Positions 24,457 to 37,200 of a stretch of DNA of 64,000 nt are shown here, piece by piece; position 1 is the stretch's first letter; each line of letters starts with the position of its first letter. The stretch is from Tubiluchus corallicola. Lineage: Eukaryota > Animalia > Priapulida. The translations under genes were made by a program, and so were the position numbers. The stretch spans positions 486,116-550,115 of the forward strand of contig JAQGDQ010000064.1 of NCBI GenBank assembly GCA_030141605.1, written 5' to 3'. The notes beneath the pieces are model-generated. The model worked only from the letters and a program-made list of their open reading frames with translations. It ran no database searches and was not told the DNA's origin.

Positions 24457-27400
24457 CAGCCATAATTAATATAATTTATAAAAGTATTCTTTTTAATTAC
24501 CGTAAGCTTTGGCTAGCTAACCTATTACCATTGTATGTTATGAATTTATGAATGGCAAAATTATGATATTAAATTTTTTTCATCTGGCAAGTTCCATACA
24601 AAAAAAATAAAGTTGCATTTTCTCTTTACCATTATATTTCCATCTACATTACTTGTTCTTACCTGACATAATTTGTAATATTTTTCTTTCATTTTTTGAA
24701 TCACAAGGTACATTCAGTTTCTTGAATTTTATTACATTCAATTCTATACTTAAATAGCATAGGCTACATAAATATTGTTAATAAATGCAATAGTGGTGCA
24801 TGACACATCAGCGCACTATTATAGTTCATGCATTTTAGAAAAGTGTAGGTCCCTCGAGACTGTTTCTAGTCTAGGAGCTACCCTCACAGCTTAAGAAACT
24901 ATTATTGTCAGCATTGTACATTATACTTTTTTGTTAAATATGTGTGAAATAAATTGTTCTTATATCTTATTTTAAGACAATACCTGCACACATTAAGAGA
25001 AACTTTGGATAAAAAATTTCCACAAAGACTATTCTAACAATTTTTGCAGTTTGTAAACTCCGGGAATATGATAACTACTGTTATCAATGCTAACAAATAA
25101 AAGATTCATGAATCAAATTCATAACGCTTACATCGCCAACTTACCCAACAGGTAGATTCACAAATTCAATGCCGTCCTTCAGAGGACTAGATTCACCAGT
25201 TTCTGTTTCCGTTTCCCAACGGTGTTTAAGAATATCAGTCAGAAAACTTGTAAAGTTGTATGGTCTAAAAAAAGCAGTCATCAAGTGCATACCGTGCATA
25301 AAAATGTTAACATAAAATTCCAAGATTCGTAAATCTTGCAAAATTACATCTTTGCAAAAACACAGTCATACACTAGACACATAGATAACAAATTTATTCA
25401 TTACACTGTGAGCAAAAATTATTGTTATGCAGTTTGTTCTCATTCTGAGGTGCCTTTTGTGGACGTCACACATTGACAAAAAATGTCATAATGAATGTGT
25501 GAAAATTTAATGTAATACCTCACTAATAACTCCCAACTTTCAATGTTGCAAATTATTAGTGGAACTATAAGCCATTTAGATGTCTTCACAGCCTAACAGC
25601 TTTTACAATAATTTAGTGATAATTACGAGCCATAAACTTGTGTTCCTTGTCATTGGAAATGTAAGAATCTGTAATTATTATTTAATATTTATGTGTTTTG
25701 TTGACAAAATAAGTAAAATCTTGAAAAATCTTGAATCTTGAGTGTTGTTAGCAATAACGAAAAAATGAATGCGATCATTAGAAATTTTTTTAGAACAATC
25801 ACGACAAACTTTCAGCAATCGCAATCGCAATCAAATTTATGCTTAATGTACATAAACACACAAATTAAAGCAAACCTGTTATCAGTAGTCTCTGTATGCA
25901 GGCTACATATAGCCTAATACAGCATCAGAGATTTTCCCACTCCGATTCTGATACACGCAGGTGTTTGGCAATTATTTATTTTATATAACACTCAATAAAA
26001 TATAGTGAAAAGCTGGATAGGGATTCTGACGATTTCTATGAAAGTCAGAAAAAATGAATGCAAAAATGAGTGTGTACAATTATGGTGTGATTATGGTCAA
26101 CTGTAGCATTTGTGTGATCACGGAATTTGATAGAGACAGCTATCTTGACCATTTTCAAAGACGATCATTACAACGCTGCCAACTTTCATATAAATTTCAG
26201 CAGTAATTTACTTAAGAATTAAATTTACAAAAATAATTATAGCAATTGCAGATATTTCACAAATTTAACTGAAAAGAAAAATTAGTAAAACCAGTACTTA
26301 CTCTATATCATCTCGACCATAACAACCATTTAGCAATCTGGTAATAAGATCAATAATAAGAAAATTTCCTTCAGGAGGAACATCTGTTAATAATGCTTCT
26401 TCAAATTCCTGTAAATAAACAAAAACAGTTACTGCTACTATTTCACTTTTTACACGCATTATATTTTTATAAGTATGTATACAGACTGCTGTAATATATT
26501 ATACTACTAATATCAGCAGTCGTAAACGATCATCGTGATCCCCAGCATAGGATGCTCTTTTGTCATTTACGTATGTCAGATACGGGCTCTGGTACTACTG
26601 TAGTCACTAGTTAGGGTACAGTACATTAAACGTGCCAATGTGCAGAACGCACTTTCACCAGCAGTGAACTGATTTTGAGAGTCATTATGAGAATGATATG
26701 ATTTTCGTTTTTAGTTCTTTGTGATAGGCATATTGCAGCATCTCTGCAAGTACTGAGAGATTAAATCAGTTCAGGAAGAGCATGTACATTATCAGCCGAC
26801 ATAAAATTCCAAATTAACAACAGAAACTACGTTGGCAAGCTAGTAGTAGTAAGTAATTACAAGTGTAGTACCCGTGTACTGACTGTACCGTTCTGCACCA
26901 AGTTAGTAAGCCTCGGTTGATTATTAGTTTAGTAACACAATGCAATTCAGTTTATTGCTCAATTATTCAATTAACTTTACGTACATTGGCAAGTACAAGA
27001 TAAATAATTATATATGTATATGTATACTACAGATAACACGTACATTATAATATACATTATTATAATAATTATAAAAACTACCATTTGTATTTTAGATAAC
27101 ATCAACAATATCAACATTAAACAACGAACTAGAAAAACAACAATGATGCATTTTACAACACAGTTTTTAACATACACACTCTTCAACAATTTTTTTAACA
27201 TTTGAAACATTATATTTTTTCAGAGGTACGCTGATTGGCCATAATCAGCAGACAGCAATCAACCAGTATGGGATCTACTGAAATAACAATTATTGTTATT
27301 TTTGCGATTACTATTCGGCTCTTAGTGTCTCAAGGTCCGTATTCTGGAGAATCAAAACCTCCAATGTATGGTGATTACGAAGCACAAAGACACTGGATGG

Positions 27401-30400
27401 AGGTTACCATAAACACTCCTGTAACAGAGTGGTATAATGATACACCATACAATGATCTTCAGTATTGGGGACTGGATTACCCACCATTAACAGCTTATCA
27501 CAGTTGGTTGTGTGGAAAAATTGGAAAACTGATTAATGAGGACTGGGTGACACTTTTCAAATCCAGAGGATATGAAAGTATTCAACACAAGCTCTTTATG
27601 AGATGTTCTGTTTTAGTTGTTGACTTAATGATTTATATTCCAGCTGTAATTATGTTTTATATGTTCTGTGGATCTACAGATAAAAGAAAATGTACAAAAA
27701 TGGCAATGGCAGCTTTACTGTATCCCGGACTGATTTTAATTGATTATGGACATTTTCAGTACAACTGTGTCAGCCTGGGACTAATGCTATGTGCTGTAAT
27801 TGCATTACATAAGCACCTTGATATAATCGGCTCTACGCTATTTTGTCTTTCATTAAATTATAAACAGATGGAGTTGTATCACGCCATTCCATTTTTTTGT
27901 TATTTACTAGGCCAATGCCTTCAAAAAGACACTCTGAATGGCACAATGAAATTTGCACAGTTGGGATTTACTGTGATTTCAACATTTGCACTGTGCTGGG
28001 AACCATTTCTCTGGAAGTGGGAAAATGCATTTCAGGTTCTGCATCGACTGTTTCCTTTTGCTAGAGGAATTTACGAAGATAAAGTCTCAAATGTGTGGTG
28101 CAGTCTATCAGTTATAGTGAAACTCAAGCACATCTTAGTAGAAGATGTTTTAATTAAACTGAGCCTTGTTACTACACTCTTGTGTAGTTTGCCATCTGCG
28201 ATAGATCTGCTTTTTCGGCCCACATTTTTGCGATTTAAGTATGCCTTGCTTAACTGTTCATTAATATTTTTCCTGTTCTCATTCCAAGTTCACGAAAAAT
28301 CTATTCTCTTAGTTGCAATACCTGCTTTACTTCTGATGAAAGAAGAAACTTTAGCGGTATTTATATTTTTGCTTGTAAGCACATTCAGTATGTATCCCTT
28401 AATAGCAAAGGATGGTTTAGTGCTACAATATATTGGAACACAAATGCTCTTTTACACAGTATATTCTTCCGCTGTCTTGAGTCAAACCAGTTACTCACAA
28501 GTAAAACAGTGGTTTGTAATTACGAAATCACCATTGCTGCGGGTAATTATCTGGGCCTCATTGATTAGTGCAGATACATTATGCTTGTTAAGTCATTTTG
28601 TTCCGCCTCCAGTAAATTTGCCTGATCTTTTTCCTGTTCTGATATCTGTATTTTCTTGCACTATCTTTATTACATTTGGGACATACTTCCATTATAAGCA
28701 ATTTTATTTATCAGATTTAATGGCAATAAAGAAAAAAACACATTGAATAAAATATGCGAAATACTGGCCAATTTCATGTAAAATTGTTTTATTATTGCTT
28801 AACTTAGACCTTGTATTTAACAGCACTAATAGCACACACTAAAACAAAGCTTTATGTGAGCTTTTATGTTTTCATTACTGTATGTTTTGCAAAAGAAGTC
28901 GACCTACTACTACTACTAGTGTTCTGCCAGCTTTCACTACCTGGATCCAATTTTTAATAAAAAATAACATACTTGTAACTTAGTAGCCAAGATCTGATGG
29001 ATTTGGGGTAGTATCTAGATATTTTTCACTGAAAACTTACACATACACAGTCGGATTCCAAACTAATTGCTGCCTTTTTCTTATCTGATTTTTATTATTC
29101 TACCAAGTAATTTCTTTCATTTTACACACCTCACAACAATCAAAACTGATCTATGACATAAAAAGTGTGATAAAAAGTTTGCTAGACTTGAGGAATAGTG
29201 CATACAAGGGGATAATTAGCAAACTGGGCCACTCGAGGGCCAATCATTCCTAAGCATTGTAAACACAAATAGAAAGTAACTAATACTTGCACAGTTTTTG
29301 CATTTATGTTTTCTATAAAAGGAAAAAATATATTAATGTCAAGTGAAGGAATGGAAAAATATTATGTAATATCGGAGTTGGCATCTCATTACTAGCATTT
29401 GGTAATGAACTAAACAGATGGAGCATTTCGCCAGAAATTCGAATTTATTAATCTGCACTATCACTAGCAGGAAAACTTGTTATACAGATTTAGAAATATA
29501 GTTTATGTGAATTTCATTTATTTGAAAATTAATGTACCACAATTCACGAGGAGGTGTAGTTCAAAAATTTATGGATCAAAAGATTTTTCAAAAAACAAAA
29601 TGTTTTTTGGCTGTTAGCGCACTTCAACAAAGAATTTAATAATGTTGTTCTACTGCTCAATTCGGTAATTTGAGGATTTTTTGAAGTAGCTATGCAGTCA
29701 TTTATAGGAAATTACAATGTGAATTGAAAACATGTATGGTCATAATTGCAAAAAAGAAACAAAAGGACTTGCACCTTATGATGAATTACAATGTATATCA
29801 CAGGTTCACCTACTACAAAGAAACTGAAAAATATGCAATAGCAGCCTAATACATACTGGTCATCCTTAGCCACAATAAAATTATTTGGGCACCAATTTTC
29901 CTTAAACTTCATGCTACTAGGTTAAGTGCCCTTGCCATGTGAGTCTGTTTACCATCTTATTGAAGACAATACATGTATACAAGACTGAAGTAGCCATTGC
30001 TCGGAAATTCACGAAGAACACTACACATGGCAAAAACATTCATTGGCTGGCACCTTTCTGCACCTGTTAATATTGAAACACAAAGACCACAAAATTTCTG
30101 AGACTCATTATCAAAATCCATAGAAAAATTTTTGTAATTCACTTTTTTATAAATGAAGATTGTTTTAAAGCCACGAAGGCTAAAGTAAAAAGGGTGTCTT
30201 ATGAAGAAAATTTTAAACACCAAATAAGATTGTGAGACGAACCCATACTATGACCTTCCATTTATTTTAAATCTGCTATGACACTGAATAACTCCACTAT
30301 CTACAGTCATGAAACTTGCAGGGTTCGCACCTGGGGAAGGGACTCAGACAAAGGTACAGTAAATATTGACCTTGGGTCAAAGGGTTCAGGTCAGTAGACA

Positions 30401-32560
30401 TTAGCGAGTTTTTCGATTATTTCTCAACTCCACCTAGCTCTTTGATGACCTGAGAATCTGAGATAGGTGCTCAGAGAATGGTGCAAGAAATGTGACCTCA
30501 GGGTAAATAGCTTTGCCACTCAGCTCCTTTGAGGAGCTATGTAAGGGTAGATGTGCACTAAGCATTTTTCAGAAAATACGTGTAGTCAGGTCATGTAACA
30601 TGGACAAAAGTGTTAAAACAGAGTTGTGTTCATTCACAAGCAGGGCAAAGTACTGAGTGATGACCTTAGGTCAAAGGTCAGGGACAGTAGACGTCTATCA
30701 GTTTTTTGTTAGGCTCTATTTCCCCCTAAAGTTTTTGAACTAGCGCCGTAATTTTTAGCATGTGTCTAGGCAGTGTTGAGCTCTTGCATGTGGCTAAATA
30801 TGGGTCATTTCAATGTAGGAAAAATTGTTTACTACTAAGAGGCCAAAAACTGAAAATGCCACAGATACTTTTCCAGTGTTGGCCAACAGTAGCTTATATC
30901 AAATCAATACAAACTGACTGGTATAGGTTGACCCCTGACCCTGGCTGATCTGTTATAAATACTAGTTTGAAGAACTGTACTGTCATCATGGAACTGTCGC
31001 ATTTTAAACTATGTTCAGCTGGTGAACTGCTTGCCTAGAGCTTCTTTTTAAAGATAATCCTGTAAACTTTAAATTCCAAATAGTACAACTTTACAATTAT
31101 TAAAGCCAAGTTGTCATTGCACCAGTAACTGACCATTCTACAACATCTCCATTATCATCAAAAACAGTATCTGTCAGGACATGATAGATATGACCTATGG
31201 ATATGATTGAGCATCCAGAACTGTTAACTAATAATCATTTTCATACAAAAAAGAAATACATGTACATTAAACTTATACATGGCTGTATGAATTGAGCTGC
31301 TGTTTCTATGTGATCATCGTTTACATGACAACATTTATCTGAACGACTACCGGTACCAATTTTTGAATTTAAGAGACAAGTTAGTAACAATTGGCTAAGA
31401 AGTTGAAATTGGTTCTCAGACGTTTTTCCAAAATGAGGATCATGGGGTTTTTCATTTAATTTTTTTTTGTAAAAATGATGCAAGAGATAATTTAATTTAC
31501 AGACCCAGCAAATTTTACACTAAGACATCACAAACACTTCAGAAAGATCCATGCAACCACCGTCTGCATACCACAAATACTCCAGAAAGGGAGATGCATG
31601 CAATGCTTACACACCACTAATAGTTAGCAAACAAACCACCTTTCTGTAAGACACCCCAAATAATTAGGTCAAGCATTATTAAGGATATTATGCATTTCTT
31701 TTTATTTTCTAACGGTGAATTGAATGATTTATCTATTTAAATGCAACCACCGTCTGCATACCACAAATACTCCAGAAAGGGAGATGCATGCAATGCTTAC
31801 ACACCACAAATAGTTAGCAAACAAACCACCTTTCTGTAAGACACCACAAATAATTAGGTCAAGCATTATTAAGGATATGTTGCATTTCTTTTTATTTTCT
31901 AACAGTGAATTGAATGATTTATCTATTTAAATATCACGAGAACGGCACTTAAGAAATAAACCTGAGGTCATTGATGAGCTCAAATAGTTTCCTTGGTGCT
32001 TTGTGCTTACAAAATCATGCAGAGATTATAGAATGTTGTTCATTACTTTGTGCCCATGATTTGCCTTGTTGCTATGTTTCACTTTTACTAAACTTTTGCC
32101 TAAAATTATGCGAAATTTCTGTCAACCATCATGCATGTTTTGCGACACACATGCATTTCAACAGATTTGATGCTCACACTCGAGCAAATCAATAACTTCG
32201 CCAATCCAGAATATTTTTATTTTCATACTTTTTGGTTGATGAATCTTGGAAACTACGCATTGGTCAAGTTCAGCCAGATCAATTTTTAGTGGTTAAATCT
32301 TATCGATCTAAAAGTTTTTTTGATCAGGTGGCAGTCAATGTGAATTAATTTCCTGTAGCTTAAAGAAACATTCACATTAGCAAATTTTCAGAAGTATACA
32401 AACAAATACATTAACAAATACAATAAACGATAATTCACCAAAATACTGAGAATATACTTACCTCGATTTCAAAGTCTGGCAAGTCAAATGCTGCCCGGAA
32501 CAGAGAGCAATAATGAGCGATGCTTGGTACTTTCCAAAGTGATTGAATTTCTGAAAGCAT
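11128..32560 (-). CDS. CECR2: CECR2-like bromodomain/AT-hook chromatin remodelling subunit (~1712 aa, 18 coding exons)
   Basis: Exons (-): 32560-32462, 26408-26302, 25264-25145, 23885-23813, 23347-23190, 21944-21792, 20333-20247, 20078-19888, 19495-19341, 18547-18458, 17912-17774, 17647-17533, 17230-17196, 16952-16734, 16167-16070, 15650-15543, 15182-14265, 13401-11128. All phases join into one ORF. N-terminus [31 protein letters not shown] and [28 protein letters not shown] are characteristic of CECR2. Two GRGRPRK AT-hooks, a bromodomain ([26 protein letters not shown]...NCRQYN) and a long Q/T/S-rich tail. Confidence 0.9.
20445..21422. mobile_element. pogo/Tigger-family non-autonomous element (copy B) in a CECR2 intron
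   Basis: TA-CAGTAGGTGCCGCTCAATAGGCTCA ... TGAGTCTATTAAGCGGTGCCTACTG-TA: 25-bp TIRs and TA target duplication. Long subterminal similarity to copy A (e.g. AATGAATTTTAGAAACGAA, AAAACCGCTAAG, ACTTAACATGATTGTTTCTA). Confidence 0.85.
21538..21564. repeat. (TA)n microsatellite
   Basis: Perfect TA run. Confidence 0.9.
24430..24456. repeat. (TA)n microsatellite
   Basis: Perfect TA run. Confidence 0.9.
27268..28746 (+). CDS. ALG6: Dolichyl pyrophosphate Man9GlcNAc2 alpha-1,3-glucosyltransferase (492 aa), intronless CDS nested in CECR2 intron 1
   Basis: Uninterrupted ORF with [70 protein letters not shown] and [13 protein letters not shown]-terminal KKTH ER-retrieval dilysine. First ATG is at 27268; splice acceptor at 27223; AATAAA overlaps the stop codon. 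Confidence 0.95.
   Translation: MGSTEITIIVIFAITIRLLVSQGPYSGESKPPMYGDYEAQRHWMEVTINTPVTEWYNDTPYNDLQYWGLDYPPLTAYHSWLCGKIGKLINEDWVTLFKSRGYESIQHKLFMRCSVLVVDLMIYIPAVIMFYMFCGSTDKRKCTKMAMAALLYPGLILIDYGHFQYNCVSLGLMLCAVIALHKHLDIIGSTLFCLSLNYKQMELYHAIPFFCYLLGQCLQKDTLNGTMKFAQLGFTVISTFALCWEPFLWKWENAFQVLHRLFPFARGIYEDKVSNVWCSLSVIVKLKHILVEDVLIKLSLVTTLLCSLPSAIDLLFRPTFLRFKYALLNCSLIFFLFSFQVHEKSILLVAIPALLLMKEETLAVFIFLLVSTFSMYPLIAKDGLVLQYIGTQMLFYTVYSSAVLSQTSYSQVKQWFVITKSPLLRVIIWASLISADTLCLLSHFVPPPVNLPDLFPVLISVFSCTIFITFGTYFHYKQFYLSDLMAIKKKTH
30230..31050. repeat. Probable unclassified interspersed repeat rich in TGACCTT/AAGGTCA motifs
   Basis: Internally repeated TGACCTT(G/A)GGTCAAAGG...CAGTAGAC blocks at ~30367 and ~30660 plus further TGACC motifs; GC content above surrounding intron. 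Boundaries uncertain. Confidence 0.4.
31551..31930. repeat. Near-perfect 190-bp tandem duplication
   Basis: 31551-31740 and 31741-31930 both start ATGCAACCACCGTCTGCATACC and end GATTTATCTATTTAA, with only a handful of substitutions. Confidence 0.95.
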
Positions 32561-32589
32561 TCCACTAAGTTAGTTCAATAAGTTACCAT

Positions 32590-32880
32590 TTTAGATACAA
32601 ATCATAGCTGATAAAACTACTTGTCTACTATACCCCAATAAACCTCACATTTAGCAATAAAACATTAGCGTCGGCAATTTTATTAGAAGAATTAAGAAGA
32701 AAAAGCAGTATCTACCTTCCATAACGATATAATTCACTGTTTGACTACCATGGAGACTCCTTGCGTCGTTTACGACAACTTGCTTTTGTTCGGATTCAAC
32801 GGAATTTACCGAATGGAGTCCATTCACCGGACAGTTGACGAGTCGCGGCATCTGTGGACAGAATTTTAAAAGTTCTGTTC
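32590..32880. promoter_or_regulatory. Probable bidirectional promoter for CECR2 and LARGE
   Basis: Locally CpG-rich patch (32750-32860) between divergent start codons 1.15 kb apart. Confidence 0.55.
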
Positions 32881-33299
32881 TGTGTATTTTATGTGTTTGA
32901 GAAGTTAGTGTTGTAATATTTATTCCTAGTTTATATACATTTCACCTCGTTCTTACAGATAATATTTTTAGGACAGTCTAAGATGTACTTTTTCAACTGG
33001 TGTTTTATATTGTAGTTTTGCAGTTACTAGACTGTGAGAGTGGCAGTACCACGAGTACTACTATACACTGTAATAATACCAATTATAATTTTTATTAATA
33101 AGTGTGTAGGGGTAATCATGATGGCACTCTGGACCGTCTCTGGCTTTTGTGGGATCTGTGGGACTTTTCCTTTCTTTTTTGTCAAAGGTCCCAGGCTATA
33201 CCTGGGACCAACCTTTCTGATGGTTCTGGTACAGCAGCATAAGTCACTTTTAATTACTAATACTTAGTAATTCACTGTCATGAATGCCTGCATCGAGCT

Positions 33300-34250
33300 C
33301 TAAAAAGTTGCACAAAAAACAGGTGCTGTACCTCTCAGTCCAGAGGTGTTCAGTTGTAACGTAGCGCACATGTTGTTCGAGGTACCTTCGTATGCACAGC
33401 AGTAAACTTGAAACTTCAATTTTGAACTTAAAATTTGCCGAGTTTTTGTATATTAAGTTTGCAGTGTTTTTAATACTGAAAAAAGAATCTTGTACCATAG
33501 ATAAGGTTATTCTGTTTGACTAAATTGTTTATAAAAGATATATATCTTCTTTGTGTTTTAGGTTATCTTAATATAATGCACAAGTGTGAGCCGCATAGCT
33601 CTGGACCACTATAGAAAATTTGCTATGTTTCTACACCATTTTGATACATTAATCTGCATTTTCAAGAGCAGATGACAGTTGTTGGATTGACGACCTGCCG
33701 TAGCTTTCAGCTGCCATGCTAATTATCATGCGGCAGCGCAATTTTTTGTGTTTGCTTGGCTGTTTGTCTGTTGTGCCTGTCTTCATATTACTCTATTTAG
33801 CCATTGGAGAAGGTTTGCTCAGCCGATTTTGAAAATTTGATCTTTGTTATATAAACACGTTAAGATATTCTATATTTGCAGTAATGTTTATAATGAGTGA
33901 TTTCTGTACATGATTAAAGGAAAACCTGACTCAGTCTTAAACTCAAAACAATCTACTCTATTAAATATTGAAAGGGAACATGCTATATTTTTAAAGAATG
34001 ACTTATATGAAAGAACTATCACCACAGAAACGTGATTTTGCATTTGGTAGTTTTTTGCTTTTGCATGCATTTTGCCATTGGCTAGTTAGATGGACTGTAG
34101 CGCCTGAATCTCTGAAACAGTTGCATAAAAAAACAGGTGCTGTACCTCTCAGCTCAGAGGTGTTCAGTTGAGAACATGCATGCATGAACATAGCTGTAAA
34201 CTTGAAATTTAAATCTTAAATTTAAAATTTTCCAAGTTTTTGTATATTAC
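33300..34250 (+). repeat. Two diverged ~140-bp direct repeats flanking the first LARGE coding exon
   Basis: AAAAAACAGGTGCTGTACCTCTCAG..CAGAGGTGTTCAGTTG...GTAAACTTGAAA...TTAAAATTT...AGTTTTTGTATATTA at ~33305-33455 and ~34120-34249. Confidence 0.75.
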
Positions 34251-37200
34251 ACTGAATGTTGTACAGTAGCACTGTACTTCAATTATAGCTTTTGCAAACA
34301 CATGCAAGACACTAATGGAATGTTTGTGCTGTCTAAAATTATGTTCATTTGTGATGCCATCACTTATTGCTCTCATTGGCCATTAATTAAGTTAAATATG
34401 AAAAATCGTCCTGCTTTCCTTTAAAGGAGTAGATTAGACTGATTATTTACTGAATATTTTATTTCTACAAATTATTCATTTTTCAAATAAGAATTGTTAT
34501 AAATTCTAAACAGATTAATTAAATCTTAGTATAGAGGCTGACATGATATTTAACTTTTGTTAATTTTGAATATTATAATTATTAATGATGTTACAAACCT
34601 ACAGTTAACTAATTTTGATACCAAACTTGAAAAACTGGAAATGTAGAAAAGTGAGAATGCAGTCTGGATTTGAATCAAGAATTTGGTTATCAATTACAGG
34701 GGATGAATACTGGAATGATTTGGCCAGTGGGGAATGCGATGGGTTAGTGGTCTAAGGTGTCTGTAGTGTAAGCAGAATGTCTTTGGTTGAAATCCTGATT
34801 GAATTAAAGCTTTTTCAGATTTCCTGTTTCTCAAGTTTGGTAAAGCAAATTAATTAACTGTAGGATTTTTAACATTATTTTGTTAATTTTACTTTGCGAT
34901 TAACAAATGTCGTGATGTTTTACTTTATGCTAAAACATTCATACAATAAAAAAGTAATTCAGTAAATTCATAGTTCGTTATTAAACGGAAATTCAGTATT
35001 AATTAGTGAAAAATTCGAAAATTTTCGATTTGTATTTGAAATCACCAATAGGGAAGGTTGAGAAGCAGTGGAATTCAAAAACTACTTCTCATTCTTTGCC
35101 TGCTGATATGGAGCAACATCTGTCTAATAATCTCCATGAATTGTCTAAAGCGTGTTTTATGTATATTAACAGATTTAGTGAGTAGAGCACGTATGTCTAG
35201 AGAAGCTGACTTGCTAGAACAGGTACAATTCATGCAGGAGGAAAATAGATTTCTACGCCATCAGTTGAATTTTGGAAGTAATCTTTTAGCAAATGGAACG
35301 TTCGATCCGGGTGGTGTTGAACCCTGTGTTTATGAACCTGATGTGCCAAAATGTGAGGTATGGTAAAACAGATCATTGCAGCCCTTCATCTCAATCAACA
35401 TGTATTTGCCCATTTCATTCAGTTAGGTTCATAAGGCCCGTGCCACACAGAGCAGATCATAATCCATAAGGCGTAACCCGTGAGGAGAAAAAGCCACCTT
35501 ATGAAGAATGAATGTCAGCTAATCAATGATCTCTATCACATAGATAATCCATTTGCCATCTTCTGCCTACCACAGCATGAGCCATAATTTTCACGACTGC
35601 TTTTGAGCATTTCATAAGGGCCTTATTGCGAAATGAATTTGATCTTTAATTTCATTTGCCATAAGGCGTTTTGGGTCATTGCTAATGAGTAATCAGTAAT
35701 TGGCATGTTTGTGGTTTCTACAGTTCACAATTCATTTATGTCATAAGAATTCATTGCAGAATGGTCTCATAACATTAAAGGCACTTTTTATACGAAACAT
35801 TTCACTAATACTGCAGTTAGATATGTGCATTTCCCAAATGGATGATGGTAAAACGCCTCACTATTTTTACACTGAGCAAAGAGCATAACGTGGATTATGA
35901 TATATGACTTATGGATGATGGAAGGCGCCATATGGCTTACAGCTTATGGATTATGGCTTGCTTCTTACGCGTTTCCCTGTGTGACACAGGCCTAAGTCAT
36001 ACGTGTTTATACATATTGATAAATACAAACACAACACAGAAACAGCTACTCAATTTGTATCACACAGAGCTAACCGTGTTTTTATTATTTACAAATCTAA
36101 CAAAGTTTTAAAATAATCAGATTGGCTGCTTGACTAGTACTTACCAATGAATTCTGTAGTTCTGCATAACTCAACTGCTAACAGAACAGTCAGATTTGTT
36201 TTGGCAGTTTAATCGTTTTTTAACATTGATAATGAATAATCCTCAAAACTTGAAGATATTGCTATGCTTAGCTATTTAGGTGCAGCATTTTTAAACGTGG
36301 TTTTTTCTGTGTCATCTTATCGTTACTGTTAGCAGCGGGATGATCAAACTTGCTGAAAAGTCGTATATGAAAAAAGTACGGTACAGAGGTGATTTTCATG
36401 ACGAACAATCTTTTAACTGCAATGTTTATTTTTCAATAGATTATTCACATAGCCATTGTGTGTGCTGGTTACAATGCAAGTCGGAGTGTAGTAACACTCA
36501 TCAAAAGCATTCTCTTCTACAGGAAGAATCCTTTGCATTTTCACTTTATTTCTGATTCTGCCGCTCAGCTTGTTCTACAGACTTTATTCAATACATGGTT
36601 TGTTCCTGGAGGTACTTGTCTTTCATTTCCAAATCTGTTGATATCGCATATAAAATGCATGGATCAATTGATTACTAATTGGGAAGTCTCATTCATGTGA
36701 AATGAAATGTCTTGAATTTTGAAGTGGTTTATTATTGTTTGACTAAAATTTGAGATTTTGGTTTAGTCAAACCATTATTGGTTAAGAATTGGTTAACATT
36801 ATTCACTAAGATGAATTTTGTTTTAGGGATTTTTGGAGATGCAGCTCACTTTGTTTAGCACTCTTTTGTCTCTTTTTTTTGGTGGCCTTTTTATAGCAAT
36901 TTTTTGCTGCTTGTGTGTATCTTTTTAAAAATAATAGCTTATCGGTATTTACTTCAGTAGATTTTTTTTTAGTGTCATATAGAAAAAAGAATTTGTCTTT
37001 CTGTAAGTGCATATATAAATAAAAAATTTAATACGCTAGCTCTTATATTGAAGTTGATTTCTTTGGGGCTGGACCTTATTAACTCTGCTTTAGCAAATGC
37101 ACTTTTCAAGTAAGCTACACAATTTCATAACATACAAGTTTTTGTTTGCTTACGACAGTCAAAGTAAACTTCTATCTCGCTGATAACGTGAAGCCAGAGG

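Noticed and set aside
27235-27267. TTG start for ALG6 given in the ORF track
   Set aside because: Eukaryotic gene; the first ATG at 27268 gives a normal-length ALG6.
34735-34805. Functional tRNA gene
   Set aside because: A/B boxes are degenerate, I could not fold a convincing cloverleaf, and it sits inside an inverted-repeat element.
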